A stretch of DNA of 61,697 bases from a virus (Duplodnaviria; Caudoviricetes). Numbering within the stretch: position 1 is the first letter of the stretch; every line of letters starts with the position of its first letter. The translations under genes were made by a program, and so were the position numbers. This document shows, piece after piece, positions 1 through 8,190 of the stretch. The stretch is from IMG/VR virus record IMGVR_UViG_3300032330_001838, positions 1 to 61,697 of that record; one strand, given 5' to 3'. The notes under the pieces were generated by a model. That model was not told the origin of the DNA, did no database searches, and saw only the letters and a program-made list of their open reading frames with translations.

Positions 1-229
1 AAGTCCATGTTGCTTTACCTTCTAACTCTAAATCGCCTTTGAATATTTCACCATCGGCTAATGATGCTTCTTTTAATAAAGCGTTAGTGAATTTTCTACT
101 CATACCGCAAGTTAGGTTACATATACCTAAGCGAACGAAATACGATGGTACTCCTGTTGATATACCTTCTCCTTGAACGGAATAAAAATCACTGCTAATA
201 AGTAGTTTATTTGGATCTATCTTTGACAT
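1..229 (-). CDS. queE: 7-carboxy-7-deazaguanine synthase QueE (radical SAM), 5' part; runs off the window
   Basis: Not in ORF track. Manual translation from ATG at 229: MSKIDPNKLLISSDFYSVQGEGISTGVPSYFVRLGICNLTCG...KATWT. The FYSxQGEG and FVRLxxCNLxC motifs are diagnostic of QueE/NrdG-type radical SAM enzymes; it lies downstream of queC. Confidence 0.88.
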   Translation of the reverse strand, partial: MSKIDPNKLLISSDFYSVQGEGISTGVPSYFVRLGICNLTCGMSRKFTNALLKEASLADGEIFKGDLELEGKATWT

Positions 230-447
230 AATACTATACCTTTTACTATTTGATTGTTTGTTGTTTCATAACCTATAGAAGTGTAATCATGCTTACCATA
301 ATACCAATCTGAATGTACATTTAATGTAATGTCAACAGGTTTGTCTACTGTAAGTAAATCATTAACTCCACCCTCATATCCTTCAACAAATACATGTATT
401 TCAGGATCTAATGTTTGTAAATGCTCTATTAATTCTTTAACTGTCAT
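217..447 (-). CDS. hypothetical phage protein (76 aa, MTVKELIEHLQ...)
   Basis: Track ORF 217..519; the likely start is the internal ATG at 447, which overlaps the end of the upstream gene. MTVKELI..L..L is a common phage N-terminus. Confidence 0.7.
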   Translation of the reverse strand: MTVKELIEHLQTLDPEIHVFVEGYEGGVNDLLTVDKPVDITLNVHSDWYYGKHDYTSIGYETTNNQIVKGIVLCQR

Positions 448-667
448 GATTTTCAGTTTTAAATTTAGCTTTACGAGCTTGTTTTTTGGAAATTGTTTTT
501 TCTTTTTTCTCAGACTCAACTATTTGTTGATTGGTTGATGGAACACGTGTTGTAGTTTTCCATTCTGACTTGGCTATATATTTCCAAGTATTACCTGCCA
601 TTTGGTTGGCTTGAATATCATTTACTCTAATGATATCACCTGTTTTTTGATTTTTAAGACACTTCAT
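437..667 (-). CDS. hypothetical basic protein (76 aa)
   Basis: ORF preceded by a GGAGG SD-like site (675-679) and a promoter-like element at 695-726. Confidence 0.7.
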   Translation of the reverse strand: MKCLKNQKTGDIIRVNDIQANQMAGNTWKYIAKSEWKTTTRVPSTNQQIVESEKKEKTISKKQARKAKFKTENHDS

Positions 668-694
668 AGTTTTACCTCCATGTTTTTAGATAAT

Positions 695-726
695 TAAATA
701 TATGTTGAAATAATTGGGGTTCCAAA
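695..726 (-). promoter_or_regulatory. Bacteroidota-type housekeeping promoter TTTG-N20-TATATTTA
   Basis: Coding strand has TTTG (723-726), a 20-nt spacer, then TATATTTA (695-702). This matches the Bacteroidota -33/-7 consensus TTTG-N19-21-TAnnTTTG except for the last base. Confidence 0.65.
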
Positions 727-738
727 AGAAACCCCAAT
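713..738 (-). terminator. intrinsic terminator-like hairpin after queC
   Basis: Inverted repeat ATTGGGGTT...AACCCCAAT followed on the coding strand by TATTT. Confidence 0.6.
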
Positions 739-783
739 AAGTTTGAATGTGTACCTGAGTCACTGCATGTACCGCAGATATGA

Positions 784-1635
784 TTAATTAGCTCCTGCAT
801 ATTCTAATAATACTTTTTCTACGTAATTTTTTACTTCATCCCATTTAACCGTTCTAATACCTCCATCTTCTAATAATTCACCATATTGAACAGGATCTGG
901 ACGACCTAATTTAATAAATGCTTCTACACGTTCTACAGATGAAGCTGATTTAAAATCACTTAACCAAACTGTATCTGATAATTTAATTGGTTTATAACTT
1001 GTATTAGTACGTTTATATACTTCATCAAAATCAATACCTAATTGTTTACAGCATTCTAATCCGTCTTGTAATATACCAAATTTATCAGTGTGTAAATAAG
1101 GTGTGTAACTAGATACTCTATGTGCTTCCCAATTACCTAATGTAAACGCTCCATAATCAGCATCTCTAAATTCTTGTCTACAATCAGGATAGATAGAGTG
1201 ATCTCCTGAGTGAATACCCATTGCAATATCACATTCAGTATTTTTCTGAGTAGCTATAGATAATGCGACTGCTTGAATAATACTACTAAAAATTTTATTA
1301 CGATTTGGTACTACTGTTTCTTTCATGTTATCCTGAGCGTAGTGTCCTTCAGGTACTTCATTTCCTCCTTCAACTAATGCTGAATTAAGTAATTTTGATA
1401 GACCATCTAATTTAATTACTTGATAATTTACTTTAGGATAATTATGTTCATCCTGATGTTCAAAGTTTGCATTGATATAATCAATTAATTGACTTGCTCG
1501 CTCTAATTCTACTCTATGTTTTTGTCCATAGTCAAATGATAATGCTGTTACTTCATAGCCATTGGCGAGTAGATGAAGCAATAATGTGGAGCTATCCATT
1601 CCTCCACTTAATGATAATACTGCTTGTTTTTTCAT
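784..1635 (-). CDS. queC: 7-cyano-7-deazaguanine synthase QueC
   Basis: SLSGGMDSST PP-loop, FDYGQKH, VVPNRN and YPDCR motifs. Confidence 0.95.
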   Translation of the reverse strand: MKKQAVLSLSGGMDSSTLLLHLLANGYEVTALSFDYGQKHRVELERASQLIDYINANFEHQDEHNYPKVNYQVIKLDGLSKLLNSALVEGGNEVPEGHYAQDNMKETVVPNRNKIFSSIIQAVALSIATQKNTECDIAMGIHSGDHSIYPDCRQEFRDADYGAFTLGNWEAHRVSSYTPYLHTDKFGILQDGLECCKQLGIDFDEVYKRTNTSYKPIKLSDTVWLSDFKSASSVERVEAFIKLGRPDPVQYGELLEDGGIRTVKWDEVKNYVEKVLLEYAGAN

Positions 1636-1647
1636 ATATTTTATTTA

Positions 1648-1920
1648 TTAAAATGGTAAATTATCTTCTTGTTTATTTACTTTTTTCTTATATTTTTCTT
1701 TATATAATTTTTCATCCTCATCAATAATTTTTCTATAATTTGGATTATTAAAAAATGATGATAAAAAATCTTCAGTATATAAATTCACAGTTCCTGAATA
1801 CGATGGATTTGATACTTGTCTTGTTTCAATTAATGTTTTTTGTTGTCTAGCATATATAGCTACTTCTAGACCTAATTGTTTTCCAGCAGCCCTACCTAAA
1901 TAATCAAATAGTGATTTCAT
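1648..1920 (-). CDS. hypothetical protein (90 aa) ending in acidic EDNLPF tail
   Basis: Clean ORF in tight operon spacing between the TGT-like gene and queC. Confidence 0.7.
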   Translation of the reverse strand: MKSLFDYLGRAAGKQLGLEVAIYARQQKTLIETRQVSNPSYSGTVNLYTEDFLSSFFNNPNYRKIIDEDEKLYKEKYKKKVNKQEDNLPF

Positions 1921-1925
1921 AACTT

Positions 1926-2717
1926 TTATTTTATATATTCTTTAAATTTGTTTACATTAAAGATAATATCATCAAGTCGATCAGACAAATCTTTTTCAAA
2001 ATAATGTTCAAGTTTTTCTTTTGGTTTCCAATCAATACCACCATCATTATAACGAATACCTTCAGCTCCAACTAGAATTGGATTTGATGTATCTCCTGAT
2101 TTAATGAATGGCCAATCTTTATAACACATATATTCTTGAGGTAATGAACAACCTAATAAATGATGATATGTATTTTTATCTATTGTATTTGTTGCTACTA
2201 ATCGTCTTATAAATTCCATTCTACCATACATTGATGCTTTTAATCCTTTATTTTCAGGATACATTTCCTGATACGCTATGCTTGAATGATTAAATGCTAT
2301 ATGTTTATATCCTAAATCAAGTAATGTTTGATATGTTGTTATTAATTCACCTATATCTTTACCTTGGCATACAGCCATTAACTCAACACCTTCAGGTAGT
2401 TGTGATTTATAATTCATCATCCAACTTTTAGCATTTACTAATGTTAATGCTGAGTCATTCCAAGCATCAGGTACAATGAATATATTTGGTCTAATTAAAT
2501 TAATTTTAGATAGTAGATCTTCTGTTGTATGTTCTACTCCTTCAAACAATCCATTATCGCAGATTATAAATGAACCTGGTGTATTTCTGTATTTTAACAT
2601 ATGTTCTCTATATTGAGGATGTGAATCCATCAAGTGGGGTAAAACATATTGATAATCATTCCATTCTAAACTTTCATTTAAAAAACATAAAGGAACTTCA
2701 TGTGATATTTTTAACAT
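1926..2717 (-). CDS. TGT-fold protein, probable DpdA-like DNA 7-deazaguanine transglycosylase
   Basis: Motifs in TGT order: ICDNG (cf. DSG), IVPD, AVCQG (cf. VIQG), HHLLG (cf. HxLG), SGDTSNP (cf. SxDSS). Located between queD and queC. Confidence 0.65.
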   Translation of the reverse strand: MLKISHEVPLCFLNESLEWNDYQYVLPHLMDSHPQYREHMLKYRNTPGSFIICDNGLFEGVEHTTEDLLSKINLIRPNIFIVPDAWNDSALTLVNAKSWMMNYKSQLPEGVELMAVCQGKDIGELITTYQTLLDLGYKHIAFNHSSIAYQEMYPENKGLKASMYGRMEFIRRLVATNTIDKNTYHHLLGCSLPQEYMCYKDWPFIKSGDTSNPILVGAEGIRYNDGGIDWKPKEKLEHYFEKDLSDRLDDIIFNVNKFKEYIK

Positions 2718-2733
2718 AACTGTAATTTATAAT

Positions 2734-3381
2734 TTAATTTTTAAGTTTCCAAATGTATCCTCCTGCTTGTTTTGTTATTCCTTTTAAATTACTCCATATA
2801 GCAGAGGATTTTATTTTTAATGTATTAAACACTTCTTTTTGGCTCGGCCATTCTTTAATAAAATTACCTTGTAGGTCATATTGTAGTACAGGAGTTACTC
2901 CTTTTCCTACAAATCCTGATGGCTTTGGTTTACCTTTATCTGCTTTTATATGGTTAGGATCCCAATTATTTTTTCTACCGGTTCTTTCTAAGCTCCATTT
3001 TTGCTTTTGTTGATTAGAATGCATTTTTTTACCTTGCATAGATAAACTTTTCTTTTGGATAGTTTCAGGACTTTGTTTAATCCCTAATGCTCCTTTTTGA
3101 CCGCCAGAACTTTTATTTAATAATATTCCATCTATATCTATTCCCTTTCTACCTAGTTTAGCTACTAGTTCTCGTTCAATTCTATCAGCTTCATCTGCTG
3201 TTAAATTATCGTGTAGTATTTTAACATTTGGTTTACCATTAGTAGCTACATATTCTTTCCATTCTTTACTTCGTCCTGTAGTAAAATTATATGGCCTGTC
3301 TTTAAGACCTAATCCAATATAGAATATTTCTCCTGTTGTTGGATTAGAGTGTTGGTATATACAATGCAGTGTTTTTTTCAT
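2734..3381 (-). CDS. free-standing GIY-YIG-type homing endonuclease with NUMOD3/NUMOD1-like DNA-binding repeats
   Basis: IYQH..FYIGLG..R N-terminus, LLNKSSGG, QSPETIQKKS repeat, and C-terminal VLQYDLQGNFIKEW...AGGYIWK. Confidence 0.8.
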   Translation of the reverse strand: MKKTLHCIYQHSNPTTGEIFYIGLGLKDRPYNFTTGRSKEWKEYVATNGKPNVKILHDNLTADEADRIERELVAKLGRKGIDIDGILLNKSSGGQKGALGIKQSPETIQKKSLSMQGKKMHSNQQKQKWSLERTGRKNNWDPNHIKADKGKPKPSGFVGKGVTPVLQYDLQGNFIKEWPSQKEVFNTLKIKSSAIWSNLKGITKQAGGYIWKLKN

Positions 3382-3814
3382 GTTCTTTTACTTCTACTTG
3401 TGTTATTTTAACTCGTCCATTAGAATCACTTATAACCCATGGATTAAGTTTATTATAAATATACTCAGCAAACTTCTCACACCCAACAGCTGGTATTACT
3501 CTTAGTTGGATAATTCCAATTTGATCCATTGTCTTAAATCCACCAATACCAGGGTCATCTTCTGCTACTATGGTTGTATGATCAAACATATAATCCATCC
3601 ATTCTTTAGGACTTAAGCCATCTATTTTATACTGTGATCGCTTAGCATGCCCAAAGTCCCACACCCAATTTCTTTCATCTAATTCTCCTTCAAACCATAC
3701 TCTGAATGATATTCCATAACCATGTAAAAATCTACAATGTGTTCCTTCTGCTTTCCATTGACGAAATACACAACTAAATCCGTCAAATAATTTTGTTGAT
3801 TGAAATTTACTCAT
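3344..3814 (-). CDS. queD: 6-carboxy-5,6,7,8-tetrahydropterin synthase QueD (PTPS family)
   Basis: CRFLHGY, WVWDFG, FDHT and EHEKNTA motifs. Confidence 0.9.
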   Translation of the reverse strand: MSKFQSTKLFDGFSCVFRQWKAEGTHCRFLHGYGISFRVWFEGELDERNWVWDFGHAKRSQYKIDGLSPKEWMDYMFDHTTIVAEDDPGIGGFKTMDQIGIIQLRVIPAVGCEKFAEYIYNKLNPWVISDSNGRVKITQVEVKEHEKNTALYIPTL

Positions 3815-4281
3815 TTTTTACGTTTTCTAATTGTTCTAAAATTATATTCTATTTTTATTAAGGTATATAATTCTTTTAGGGTTCCATCAAAATCTTCCAT
3901 TTTCTTTTCTAAATCATCATCTTCTATTTCAAATAAATTAGTGATAGCTTTTTTATATTCTATTAAACGTTGTGATTCATCTTTTTCATAATCATTCATT
4001 AAACGTCTCCAACGTTCTCTATATATGGTTTGTGCTTCATGTCTGTTACCAGGATCAGAGATATGTCCTGTTTTTTCTTCCATTTCTAATAACGCATACT
4101 GTGCCTGCCAATAATATGAGGAGAAATCAAAATCTCCATTATCAATCCGAGCATGTACTGCTTCTTTGGACGACAATGGAGACTTATCTTTGAATTTTCT
4201 CCACCAGTAAAACTGGTTATATTTGAGTTGTTGTAGTTTAGATATTTGTTTATGTATAGTTTCTTTTGAGTGAATTATCAT
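3811..4281 (-). CDS. hypothetical protein (156 aa)
   Basis: ORF whose stop overlaps the queD start (ATGA); TATATTTA element at 4286-4293. Confidence 0.7.
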   Translation of the reverse strand: MIIHSKETIHKQISKLQQLKYNQFYWWRKFKDKSPLSSKEAVHARIDNGDFDFSSYYWQAQYALLEMEEKTGHISDPGNRHEAQTIYRERWRRLMNDYEKDESQRLIEYKKAITNLFEIEDDDLEKKMEDFDGTLKELYTLIKIEYNFRTIRKRKK

Positions 4282-4295
4282 AAATTAAATATAAC

Positions 4296-4460
4296 TTATT
4301 TTTTCAGGTCAATATTTCCTTTTTTATGTTTAGGATCATATGGACAATTTTTACAACCGTTACCACAACATTTTCCTTGTTGAATGAGAAATAGGGCAGT
4401 AAATACTACCCTACCATTCTCATTTGTATAATGAATACCTTCTATTAGTTTAGGAGTCAT
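4296..4460 (-). CDS. small Cys-rich protein (54 aa, DUF5522-like)
   Basis: Not in ORF track. Manual translation MTPKLIEGIHYTNENGRVVFTALFLIQQGKCCGNGCKNCPYDPKHKKGNIDLKK contains a CCGxGCxxCPY motif. Confidence 0.8.
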   Translation of the reverse strand: MTPKLIEGIHYTNENGRVVFTALFLIQQGKCCGNGCKNCPYDPKHKKGNIDLKK

Positions 4461-4463
4461 ATA

Positions 4464-4868
4464 TTAATATCGTACCATAAAAATTTCATCATGTCCAAAA
4501 TTAGAAAGATCAGGTCTTAATTCAAATCCAAATTTTTTATAGAAATTAATTAAATCCTGTTGAGACATATTACTTTTAGTACTATAATGTCCACCAACTG
4601 ATGCTCTTAAAGCTACAGGCATTCCTTGTTTTTCAGCATATTCAATAGCACTTTGAATAATCTTAGATCCGTATCCTTTTCCTTGATACTCTGGTTTAAT
4701 AGATATATCATTAATGAATAAAGCTTCTTCTCCATCAGATAGAGTTTCAAGACCAAACTCAATATCTCCGTAATTTTGTTTTATAGTCATGTAATTACCA
4801 GTATCGTAAAATTCAGAAGCTCTATCCCAATCGACATTCTCTTTTAATATATCTATTAATTTTATCAT
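4464..4868 (-). CDS. GNAT-family N-acetyltransferase with N-terminal MIKLIDILKE tag
   Basis: Acetyl-CoA motif A (ISIKPEYQGKGYGSKII) and motif B (LINFYKKFGF). Confidence 0.85.
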   Translation of the reverse strand: MIKLIDILKENVDWDRASEFYDTGNYMTIKQNYGDIEFGLETLSDGEEALFINDISIKPEYQGKGYGSKIIQSAIEYAEKQGMPVALRASVGGHYSTKSNMSQQDLINFYKKFGFELRPDLSNFGHDEIFMVRY

Positions 4869-5452
4869 TTATATTCCCATTTATAATCTTTATATTGTTC
4901 TCTTCTACCTTTACAACATTGAATAATATACATTTCACTTAACTCTAAAGAACTAGACGCTTCTTTAATTGTATTCCATTCTCTAATAATATTTCCCGCT
5001 AAATCTTTTTGATATATTTGTTTATTACTTTTTCTGTTCTGGTATGAGGGATGATTTTGTTTAGCTACTGATATTTTAGAGTTATGTTCTGCTGTAAATT
5101 TTCTACCTTTTAATTTTTTATTTCTATTTTTGATAGATTGTTCAGACCATTTTATTCCTCTTGATCCACTTTCACCACCTTCACTCTTATTAACTAATAT
5201 ACCATTTTCTTCATATCCTACTCTACCATACAATTTAATATATTGTTGCTCTTTATTAGCAGCTTGTTCTAATGTTAGATTATTATGAACTATTTCAACA
5301 ATAGGATTACCATGTTTTTTAACATAATTTGTCCAATGTTTATTTCGTCCTCTGCCTTTATCCCATGCTCTTCTATCTAATCCTAACCCAATGTAAAATA
5401 TTTCTTTTGTTATTGGATTACGATGGAAGTAAATATAATATGTATTTATCAT
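4865..5452 (-). CDS. free-standing GIY-YIG-type homing endonuclease (paralog of 2734..3381)
   Basis: YIYFHRNPITKEIFYIGLG..RAW, LVNKSEGG, NUMOD3-like FTAEHNSKIS and NUMOD1-like C-terminus. Confidence 0.8.
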   Translation of the reverse strand: MINTYYIYFHRNPITKEIFYIGLGLDRRAWDKGRGRNKHWTNYVKKHGNPIVEIVHNNLTLEQAANKEQQYIKLYGRVGYEENGILVNKSEGGESGSRGIKWSEQSIKNRNKKLKGRKFTAEHNSKISVAKQNHPSYQNRKSNKQIYQKDLAGNIIREWNTIKEASSSLELSEMYIIQCCKGRREQYKDYKWEYK

Positions 5453-5486
5453 CGATATTTGTTGTTTTAGTCGATAATAAATATTA

Positions 5487-5505
5487 GGGCCCTCAATGAG
5501 GGCCC
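5487..5505 (-). terminator. hairpin terminator after nrdJ
   Basis: Perfect GGGCCCTC-AAT-GAGGGCCC inverted repeat just past the nrdJ stop, followed by an AT-rich run. Confidence 0.65.
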
Positions 5506-5512
5506 ATTTTAT

Positions 5513-7363
5513 TTATATTTCACAGTTATTCCCAGCGCAGGCGAGATTTTCACCTAACACTGTGTTGTCATCAAATTCTACTACCTTACTCAAATCTACA
5601 GAATGAAGATGATTTACCATTTCGTTAAATTGTTCTTCAGTAATTGTTTCAAAAGGTGCTTGAGTGTAAGTATGATCTGAAAAGGGTAAAACTGATAATC
5701 CGTTAAATGTGTCCTTATACTTCCACATCCATTCTCCTACAGCTTCCCATTCTTCATTTCTAATAGATACAGTTGCAGATACATTATTTGTATTAGCTCC
5801 TTTACGATGACCTTTTCTTACCCATTCCGTATTAAACTTTCTAACACGTTCTAATAATATTAATGCTGTTTCTTCACTTCTGATAATAGCCCCTTCTGGT
5901 GCTTTTTGAGGAATAGATATTATAGCTTGAATTGTAGGTTTAAAGAAATCGTCTTCTAATAGTTCGGGATGATGGATAGCTAAATGTGTATAGATAGCTT
6001 CGTTTTTACCTACTCTAATACGTCTAATATAATGTTTATCATGCCAGCTATGAATACCACTACTACTACCTAATACTAATGATGATGTACCTGATGGTTT
6101 AACTGTAGTTACACGAGCTGCTTTATTAATTCCAATTATTTCTGCAACACGAGCATTTTCTGTCTTAGCTAAGTCAGCTGCTGATTTTAAATCTAATCCT
6201 AATACAGCACCTGATCCAATGCCTGTCATTCCAACACCTAATAAAGCGTCTTTTTCAGTTGTTTTACGCCAGATATCTCTTAAGTAATGGAAGTCAGTGT
6301 ATGCTGCTTGTAATGTACCTATGAATGCGGCTGCTTCCACTCTAGCGTTCAAATCAGCTTGATCAACTATGTCTGAAACGTTTACTTCACATAAATTACA
6401 AAATTGGAATGGTCTTAAAGCAATTTCACAGCATGGATTTGTTCCCCAATCTTTATCATTACTGAAATAGATACCAGGTTCTCCTGACCCGCTTAATTCA
6501 ATTTTCTTCCATAATTTAAAGAATTCTTCTTCATCAATTTTATGGCGCATTACTACAGCTGAATTGTTTGAGCGACCACGTTGTGGATTTGCTTCCCACC
6601 AATTACCAAACTTACAAGTTAACATTTCTTCATCATCTAAATTAAATAATGCAATTAATGCTGCTCTTCTAATTCCACCACTTAATACTGCATCAGCGAT
6701 ATGACAAGCCATATCATGTGCTTCTAATGATGTTAATTTTTCACCATTTTGTTTGCGATCTAATATTTTCTGTAATTGGAATAAACATTCCTTTAATGGT
6801 TCAGGGCCAGGTGCTTTTCCTCCTACAGTAATTAATTGAGCTCCTTTTGGTCTGATATCTCTAAAATCAAATAATGGTAATGAACCACCTTGAAAATATG
6901 CTTTACAAAGCATTCTAATCGCGTCAGCCCATCCTTCAATACTATCACCAATTAAATAACGTTTATGCTTTATCGGTACTGTAATTTCAGGTAATTTATC
7001 TACGTGATGTGTTTGTACACTATATCCTACTCCACATCCTGATAATAATAAAAACATTATTTCACTGAATGCTCTATAATCATCAATAGGCAAAAAAGAA
7101 CAGTTAAATATACGAGCATTATTAAGTTCAATGGGTTTACCTGCGAACTGTAAACTACGCATCGATGGTAAAACTTTTTTATCATATACTAATTTATAAG
7201 CATCTTCAATTTCATTTGCTAATTGAGGAAATTTTTCTTGGTGCATTTTTTTATTTCTAGTCACCAATTCTTCCCATGTTTCTCTTCGTCTCAAATCAGG
7301 AACATATTTAGCATACTTCATGTATGTAGTTATGTCTGACAAAATTTCTTGTGTTACGTCCAT
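5513..7363 (-). CDS. nrdJ: class II (adenosylcobalamin-dependent) ribonucleotide reductase
   Basis: LPSMRSL, FNCSF, GCGVG, GGIRRAALI, GEPG, TNPCCEI, FCNLCEVN, TTVKPSGT, YIRR and C-terminal ACAGNNCEI redox pair. Confidence 0.93.
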   Translation of the reverse strand: MDVTQEILSDITTYMKYAKYVPDLRRRETWEELVTRNKKMHQEKFPQLANEIEDAYKLVYDKKVLPSMRSLQFAGKPIELNNARIFNCSFLPIDDYRAFSEIMFLLLSGCGVGYSVQTHHVDKLPEITVPIKHKRYLIGDSIEGWADAIRMLCKAYFQGGSLPLFDFRDIRPKGAQLITVGGKAPGPEPLKECLFQLQKILDRKQNGEKLTSLEAHDMACHIADAVLSGGIRRAALIALFNLDDEEMLTCKFGNWWEANPQRGRSNNSAVVMRHKIDEEEFFKLWKKIELSGSGEPGIYFSNDKDWGTNPCCEIALRPFQFCNLCEVNVSDIVDQADLNARVEAAAFIGTLQAAYTDFHYLRDIWRKTTEKDALLGVGMTGIGSGAVLGLDLKSAADLAKTENARVAEIIGINKAARVTTVKPSGTSSLVLGSSSGIHSWHDKHYIRRIRVGKNEAIYTHLAIHHPELLEDDFFKPTIQAIISIPQKAPEGAIIRSEETALILLERVRKFNTEWVRKGHRKGANTNNVSATVSIRNEEWEAVGEWMWKYKDTFNGLSVLPFSDHTYTQAPFETITEEQFNEMVNHLHSVDLSKVVEFDDNTVLGENLACAGNNCEI

Positions 7364-7437
7364 TTTGTTTTATTTTTTTAAAATTATTAGTGTATGATAG
7401 CATTTCGCTTTCGCGATTACTTTTTTTTCTTGAATGT

Positions 7438-7701
7438 TTAAAGCAAACGACTGTCTATATCAGTCAAGTTAAGATACAAAACAAAATCTTCAAAAATATC
7501 TTTTGGTACACCTTGTAATCCATTAGCGTGTTCTTGAAGAATTGAAGTTGAAACTCTATCACTTGAATTCTCTAAAATTAAAGATTTAAAACCATGAAAA
7601 ATTTCTGATATTAATTCTGTTTCAGTTGAGTCACCAAAATCTTCATTATCCTGAAGATATTGAGACATTGTTTCTTCAATTTGTTGTTTAGAGAACTCCA
7701 T
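7438..7701 (-). CDS. hypothetical acidic protein (87 aa)
   Basis: ORF overlapping the upstream gene end. Confidence 0.6.
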   Translation of the reverse strand: MEFSKQQIEETMSQYLQDNEDFGDSTETELISEIFHGFKSLILENSSDRVSTSILQEHANGLQGVPKDIFEDFVLYLNLTDIDSRLL

Positions 7702-8176
7702 TTTTATATAGTTTTTTAGCTTCTTTAATTATTTTTAAAGTCAATTTAATTATTGACTCTTTTAATTTCTGCAACAATGCTTTCTTTTGTTGTCCTATAC
7801 GTAGTCCTTCAAAAGGTACCTCAACATTTTTCATTTGGGGTTCTAAATATTGACGATAGGCGTTTCCTGCTAAAATTACAAACTTATCTTTTTGAAGATT
7901 GTAACCTTTTTCCTGTAACTGTTTTAATACAACTTCAGCCCATTTTTCTCTTTCATTAGCTGGCATTTCCTTTAATGTTAAATTATAAGGAGATATAGTT
8001 TTGCTCAATGGTACTAAATGATATTTAGCAGATATAATATATACATTATTATCAGGAGCTAATTTTTTAGCATATTCCATTTGTTTTTTAAACAAATCAG
8101 AATTATATAATTTTTCAGCCGGCATTGGCTTTTCTTCTTTACCTGCTGAACAGGAAACTAATACTACTGTACTCAT
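7688..8176 (-). CDS. DUF6884/YaaA-like protein
   Basis: VLVSCSAGK...PAEKLY.SDLF, IISAKYHLV, ISPYNLTL, LAGNAY and GLRIGQQ motifs. Confidence 0.7.
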   Translation of the reverse strand: MSTVVLVSCSAGKEEKPMPAEKLYNSDLFKKQMEYAKKLAPDNNVYIISAKYHLVPLSKTISPYNLTLKEMPANEREKWAEVVLKQLQEKGYNLQKDKFVILAGNAYRQYLEPQMKNVEVPFEGLRIGQQKKALLQKLKESIIKLTLKIIKEAKKLYKNGVL

Positions 8177-8190
8177 GTGTATAAATATAA

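Noticed and set aside
739-783. Possible preQ1 riboswitch near queC (small hairpin CTGC..GCAG, repeated GGTACA)
   Set aside because: It lies 3' of queC and lacks the preQ1-I stem/loop and A-rich tail pattern; too short to support a call without an Rfam search.
7364-7437. Cobalamin riboswitch upstream of nrdJ (TCGC-GAAA-GCGA hairpin)
   Set aside because: The gap is only 74 nt and AT-rich with a single 4-bp stem; far too small and lacking a B12 box.
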